Shown: piece by piece, positions 15,677 through 20,000 of the stretch | Numbering within the stretch: the first letter of the stretch is position 1 | Layout: each line of letters opens with the position of its first letter | Sequence record: SRR2962707_2232 | Length of the DNA: 20,000 bases | Direction: 5' to 3' (one strand) | The notes under the pieces: generated by a model | What the model was told of the DNA's origin: nothing | Database searches by the model: none | What the model saw: only the letters and a program-made list of their open reading frames with translations | Translations under genes and position numbers: made by a program

Positions 15677-17122
15677 ATGAGCCTAGACAAATTTCGCCGT
15701 TCAATCGAAAGAATTGATGCTGTTGAAGCCTTGCGCGATGGTGTCATTGGCGATGGTGTTTTGATCCCAGGTCTGTTTGGTGATGTGCCGCTTGTCTATG
15801 CTGATTATGTCGCGTCCGGCCGCTCTCTAGAACAGGTGGAAGATTATATCCGCCAAGATGTTTTGCCCTATTACGCGAACAGTCATACGGAGGCGTCATT
15901 TTGTGGCTCGTTCATGACGCGGTTACGTAGCGAGGCGAGGGCGCAGATCGCAACGCTTACGGGCGCTAACGACGAACATGCCGTTATCTTTGCAGGATCT
16001 GGCGCTACGGCAGGTCTCAATAAGCTTGTAAAATTACTCGGCGTTGATGTGGTTAAAAACGCAGTTGTTTTCATTGGCCCCTATGAGCACCACTCGAATA
16101 TCCTGCCATGGCGCGAAAGTAATGCAACGGTTGTCGAAGTGCCTGAAGCAGCGAACGGCGGTCCCGATCTGGATATTTTGCAAGCCAAATTAATTGAATA
16201 TGCGGGCGCTGATTTGAAAATCGGCAGCTTTTCTGCAGCCTCCAATGTGACGGGCATTGTTACCGATCCGGTTCCTGTGACACAGCTTTTGAAAGCGCAT
16301 GGCGCATTATCAATTTGGGACTATGCGGGCGGTGGTCCTTACCTCGATATTGATGTTTCCCCCGCTGCAGACGCCAAAATTGATGCGATCGTTGTGTCTC
16401 CCCACAAATTCGTTGGTGGCCCTGGTGCCAGCGGTGTTTTAATCATTCGCAAAGATGCTGTGACAACGCAGGTTCCGACATCGCCGGGCGGTGGAACAGT
16501 AACATTTGTCTCTTCATGGTTTCATGAATACAGCCAAAATATATCATCACGCGAAGAAGCTGGAACGCCCAATGTCATTGGTGATATTCGCGCGGCGCTG
16601 GCCTTTATTGTTAAAGATGTCGTCTCCCAGTCTTTTATTGTTGCCCGCGAACATGAGGTCAATAGGAAGGTTCTTGACGCGTGGAAAAGCCATCCGCAAC
16701 TGATGCTGTTAAACGGTGATCATGTAAACCGTCTTCCGATATTTTCATTTCTAATTAAACGCAAAGATGGCACGCGGTTTCACCACCAGCTCTTTACGCG
16801 CATGTTAAGCGATGTGTATGGCATTCAGGTGCGTGGCGGCTGCGCCTGCGCGGGCCCTTATGCGCATGCGCTTTTAAAAATTGATAAAGCAGCTTCTGCA
16901 GGTCTTCTTGCCGAATTGCAAAACGGCAATGAATTAAACAAACCTGGCTGGGTAAGGCTCAATTTCAGCTATCTGATGAGCGATGAGCAAGTTCAATTTA
17001 TCATCGATAGTGTCTTGGACCTTTTGGGCCGATTGGACGAAATCGAGGCCCATTACACGTCCGATCCTCGCACAGCGCGTTTTTCCATCAATCCCTCGTC
17101 GGATGCACGATTAATCGCCTGA
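15677..17122 (+). CDS. Class V PLP-dependent enzyme, cysteine desulfurase/lyase-like
   Basis: Start reassigned to ATG 15677 (GGAG RBS 7 nt upstream). Motifs YADYVASG, YANSH, EHHSNILPW, SNVTG, WDYA, SPHK (PLP Lys), EAGTP, RGGCACAGPY (compare SufS RxGHHCA), GWVRLNF. Confidence 0.88.
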   Translation: MSLDKFRRSIERIDAVEALRDGVIGDGVLIPGLFGDVPLVYADYVASGRSLEQVEDYIRQDVLPYYANSHTEASFCGSFMTRLRSEARAQIATLTGANDEHAVIFAGSGATAGLNKLVKLLGVDVVKNAVVFIGPYEHHSNILPWRESNATVVEVPEAANGGPDLDILQAKLIEYAGADLKIGSFSAASNVTGIVTDPVPVTQLLKAHGALSIWDYAGGGPYLDIDVSPAADAKIDAIVVSPHKFVGGPGASGVLIIRKDAVTTQVPTSPGGGTVTFVSSWFHEYSQNISSREEAGTPNVIGDIRAALAFIVKDVVSQSFIVAREHEVNRKVLDAWKSHPQLMLLNGDHVNRLPIFSFLIKRKDGTRFHHQLFTRMLSDVYGIQVRGGCACAGPYAHALLKIDKAASAGLLAELQNGNELNKPGWVRLNFSYLMSDEQVQFIIDSVLDLLGRLDEIEAHYTSDPRTARFSINPSSDARLIA

Positions 17123-17136
17123 ACCAGTTTACGAGT

Positions 17137-17808
17137 TTAATGGGCATGGTCATGCCCATGACTTTCTAGAGCGCCCAAATCCTGGCCCGACCGATTCTCT
17201 TGCCATGCCTGCATAAGAATGAGCTGTGCGGAGCGCAGGAACAAACCAGCCATTATGATTGCTACAATGAGATCAGGCCATGCGGTAGCCGTGAACCAAA
17301 CAGCGACACTTGCGACCATGACTGCCACATTGCCGATGGCGTCGTTACGAGAGCATAACCAGACCGAGCGCACATTCGCATCGCCATCTTTGTAGCGCAT
17401 TAAAAGAAACACACTCGCCAGATTGGCTGTAAGTGCCAGAACACCAATGCCGCCCATGATTTGAGCTTCTGGGACACCTAGTATGAAGAATTGGTAGATT
17501 GTAGAACCAAAGACCCAAAGTCCCATGAGGAGAAGGCTTAGACCTTTAAAAATCGCGGCAGTTGAACGCACTTTGAGGCTCATGCCAATAACTGCAAGGC
17601 TCAAGCCGTAAGTCAGAGAATCGCCGAGAAAGTCTAAGGCATCAGCCTGCAGCGCCTGTGAGCCAGCCAGTCTCCCCGCCAGCATCTCGACAATGAACAT
17701 CGCGGCATTGATGACTATGACCGTCCATAAAATGCGTTTGTAAGTTGGGTTAACGCCGTCAAATGTTGGATTACCCGAACATCCACAAGCTTCGTGTTTC
17801 TCACTCAT
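17137..17808 (-). CDS. Cation diffusion facilitator (CDF) metal efflux protein, short form without cytoplasmic C-terminal domain
   Basis: 223 aa with about 6 TMs. CDF signature S.ALQADALDFLGD and WLCSRND.IGN. N-terminal HEACGC and C-terminal HGHDHAH. Confidence 0.9.
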   Translation of the reverse strand: MSEKHEACGCSGNPTFDGVNPTYKRILWTVIVINAAMFIVEMLAGRLAGSQALQADALDFLGDSLTYGLSLAVIGMSLKVRSTAAIFKGLSLLLMGLWVFGSTIYQFFILGVPEAQIMGGIGVLALTANLASVFLLMRYKDGDANVRSVWLCSRNDAIGNVAVMVASVAVWFTATAWPDLIVAIIMAGLFLRSAQLILMQAWQENRSGQDLGALESHGHDHAH

Positions 17809-17837
17809 AACTGACCTTTCTAATTCTCTGTCAGGTC

Positions 17838-17868
17838 AATATAATCCCTCTAGTAACTATAGGTTCAA
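17838..17868 (-). promoter_or_regulatory. MerR-type promoter/operator for the CDF gene
   Basis: On the minus strand, -35 TTGAAC (17868-17863) and -10 TATATT (17843-17838) are separated by 19 bp. The dyad CCTCTAGT-A-ACTATAGG (17847-17863, 7/8 pairs) lies over the spacer. Confidence 0.85.
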
Positions 17869-17879
17869 GAGGTATTTTT

Positions 17880-18290
17880 ATGTTTTCGATAGGCCAGCTT
17901 TCCAAGCGCACTGGCGTGAAAATTCCCACTATTCGATATTACGAGCAGATGGGTTTAATTGATGCGCCAGAACGCTCTGAAGGCAATCAACGGCGCTACT
18001 CAGCAGATGGCTTAAACCGTCTTTCGTTTATTCGTCACTCGCGTGATCTTGGTTTTTCTATTGAAGATATCAAAGGGTTGCTCAGCCTGAGCCAGCATCC
18101 CGAAAAGCCATGCCATGATGCGCACGATATTGCTGTTCGCCACCTTAAAGACGTGCAGGATAGGATTGCCAAGCTTCGGCGGTTGGAGCGCGAGTTAAAA
18201 CGCATTTCCAAATGTGATGCAGATAGTGTGTCCGATTGTGCGGTTATTGAAACGCTTGCAGATCATAAATTATGCGAAACCGAACATTAG
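17880..18290 (+). CDS. MerR-family heavy-metal-responsive regulator (CadR/PbrR/ZntR-like)
   Basis: GAGG RBS. Motifs SIGQLS..TGV...TIRYYE..GL, GNQRRY, FIRHSRDLGF. Metal-site Cys in KPCHD and SKC……DCAVI. Confidence 0.93.
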   Translation: MFSIGQLSKRTGVKIPTIRYYEQMGLIDAPERSEGNQRRYSADGLNRLSFIRHSRDLGFSIEDIKGLLSLSQHPEKPCHDAHDIAVRHLKDVQDRIAKLRRLERELKRISKCDADSVSDCAVIETLADHKLCETEH

Positions 18291-18336
18291 CGGTAGCTAG
18301 ATTGTGGTCGATTCCCATTTAAGCTGGGGGGGATGG

Positions 18337-19485
18337 CTAAGCAACCTTTTTTACGACGTTACTTCTAACGCGGTTTCTACCATCCGTTTTTGCAACATAA
18401 AGTGCTTGATCGGTCCGTTCAAATAAGCTGCTGAAGCTTTCTCCGCCACCTTCGGAATAGGCAACACCAACGCTGACAGTCACTGCGATCATTCCTTTTT
18501 CCGTCCTAACCGTTTTTTCCTCGGTCCTCTTTCGGATGCGTTCTGCAAGTTGCAAAGCCATCTCTTGGTCGACGTTGTGAAGGATAACGCAAAACTCTTC
18601 GCCGCCTACCCGAGCGGCTACGTCTGAGACGCGTATTCCGTCAGAAATGGTTTCAGCAAAGTGACAAAGAACGAGGTCCCCCGCGGCGTGACCATAGTTG
18701 TCGTTGACCGACTTAAAATGATCCAGATCGAATAGTACAGCAGCGGTGCGAGGGCGAACTGGTAACGTGGAACGGTCCGACAACGCCCGCCGATTTAGAA
18801 GTTTCGTCAGCGGGTCCGTCTGTGCTTCGATCTGATGAAAGCGAGTAATTCTTGCCTGATTGGCGGAAAGCGATAGGGCACCAATGCCACTCACGCCAAC
18901 GAGGAGCACGATGGTGTTTATACTTTCGGCCCAATTTGTGGGAGGTTCCGTGAGTACCCATTGGCGCTCAAGCACGATCGCCAGACTACACAAAGCAAAC
19001 GAAACTGCGGTGATAACGTAAAGTGCTGCGGTCGCCGTCAAAGCAGTTGGTGCCTCTGAGCGGACTTTCCAATATTGCCATCCTGTCAGTACAAGTAAAA
19101 CCGCAATTGCGAGATTGGCCGTCATTGTACCTAGGCCAGAAAAGCCAAGTGCGAAGGGGCCAATGACTACGAGAACTCCCAGTCCTGTAACAGTCCATAC
19201 CGTGGTCCATTGAGGCTGACCTAGTGTGAATCGTATGGAACCAGAGTAGATGAATCCAAAGCCTACAATAAGCGCGATGAAAGATGAGGCCTGGATTATA
19301 GGATTATAGTTCTCTGCTATCATTTTGATTAAAACGATGCCCAAAACTGCACAAGCCAGACCAACAGACCAGTCGATCAGGAAGGTGTCGCGGCGCGATC
19401 CCATCCACGCAGTGGACAGAACCACACATAACGCCGCGCTTGAAATACTGAGCGCGAGCAATAGAGTAATCGGGTCGATCAACAT
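18337..19485 (-). CDS. Membrane-anchored diguanylate cyclase (GGDEF domain)
   Basis: 382 aa. About 7 N-terminal hydrophobic segments, then TDPLT.LLNRR, DLDHFKSVND.YGH..GD, RVSD (RxxD I-site), RVGGEEF, TVSVG, D.ALY.AK..GRN. Confidence 0.93.
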   Translation of the reverse strand: MLIDPITLLLALSISSAALCVVLSTAWMGSRRDTFLIDWSVGLACAVLGIVLIKMIAENYNPIIQASSFIALIVGFGFIYSGSIRFTLGQPQWTTVWTVTGLGVLVVIGPFALGFSGLGTMTANLAIAVLLVLTGWQYWKVRSEAPTALTATAALYVITAVSFALCSLAIVLERQWVLTEPPTNWAESINTIVLLVGVSGIGALSLSANQARITRFHQIEAQTDPLTKLLNRRALSDRSTLPVRPRTAAVLFDLDHFKSVNDNYGHAAGDLVLCHFAETISDGIRVSDVAARVGGEEFCVILHNVDQEMALQLAERIRKRTEEKTVRTEKGMIAVTVSVGVAYSEGGGESFSSLFERTDQALYVAKTDGRNRVRSNVVKKVA

Positions 19486-20000
19486 AAATTTTTTAAACCT
19501 TTGAGTTCATCGTGCATACCCCTCTTGGCTTTCTAAATTATTAAACCAGCTTGCTTAAATCTTCGTATCTAAGGTATTTGATTGACCCAGAATTAGGCAC
19601 TTTATCAGCGCTACGCGTGGGTTAACCGCGCCGCGTGTACCAAAAAACTACAATGAGAAAATAAAACCGCAGCAACCCAATCAGTATCACGGCGGTTATT
19701 TCAGCAAAAGAATCACTGGCTGGTGGGCTATGATTGATTGTTGGTCAGCTGAAGCGTCGGGCAAAATGTATCTTTTACCGTATGCGCGGCGGGGCACTCA
19801 GCAAGAGCTGAGTTACATTCATCGAAAGTATGCACGCTATGATAGCGCAAGTCTTTGCTTTTTTTAGCTTAAAATCATTCAACTTTTGTAATTGCTGGCG
19901 TGGATTTTAACTTGAGACCTTCAAATTCCATCAGCTTTAGGTGTGTAGGTTGATACGGGTTCTGGAATAAGCGGGATTGGCCGAATATCTATGGTTTATA

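Noticed and set aside
17812-17838. TGACCT…AGGTCA inverted repeat over the CDF RBS
   Set aside because: Only 6 bp, and one arm reaches the -10 element, so it would be largely untranscribed. Likely chance.
19612-19648. GC-rich hairpin followed by an A-run as an intrinsic terminator
   Set aside because: The stem is imperfect and the T-tract is on the wrong side for either strand.
19755-19850. c-di-GMP-I riboswitch resemblance (GGCAAA … CGAAAG … ACGC) near the GGDEF gene
   Set aside because: Spacing and pairing do not fit the consensus, and it is on the strand opposite the GGDEF transcript.
1-20000. CRISPR arrays, tRNA/rRNA, IS/transposase, integrase, phage or defence genes
   Set aside because: No periodic repeats, RNA-gene signatures or such protein motifs were seen. 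Almost all sequence is explained by metabolic, transport and regulatory genes.

Overview
Gene-dense bacterial window, probably alphaproteobacterial (inferred from the TRAP transporters, the DadA/BisC paralogs and a C-terminal 'AAE' ending). It is mostly an accessory catabolic region. (1) The 3' part of an ArgE-like M20 deacylase converges on a LysR gene. (2) That LysR is divergent from operon A: an OHCU decarboxylase-like gene, TRAP dctPQM and a hydantoin/allantoin-racemase-fold protein that lacks both catalytic cysteines. (3) A second LysR precedes the tightly packed operon B (6951-15109): TRAP dctPQM, a DHDPS/NAL-family lyase with an odd CCC motif, a cytoplasmic BisC-type molybdopterin S/N-oxide reductase, an atypical SDR (SxxxR instead of YxxxK) and a divergent DadA-like D-amino acid dehydrogenase. 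(4) A Lrp/AsnC regulator is divergent from a class V PLP cysteine-desulfurase-like enzyme. (5) A MerR (CadR/PbrR-type) gene and a short CDF exporter share a textbook 19-bp-spacer operator/promoter. (6) A membrane GGDEF protein is followed by about 515 bp without a long ORF. No tRNA, rRNA, IS or CRISPR was seen. The best candidate for an undescribed system is operon B, which looks like an uptake and catabolic pathway for an unknown (possibly S- or N-oxidised) amino/imino acid. Operon A, a non-canonical ureide-type module, is second. All functional calls come from motif recognition by eye, not database searches.
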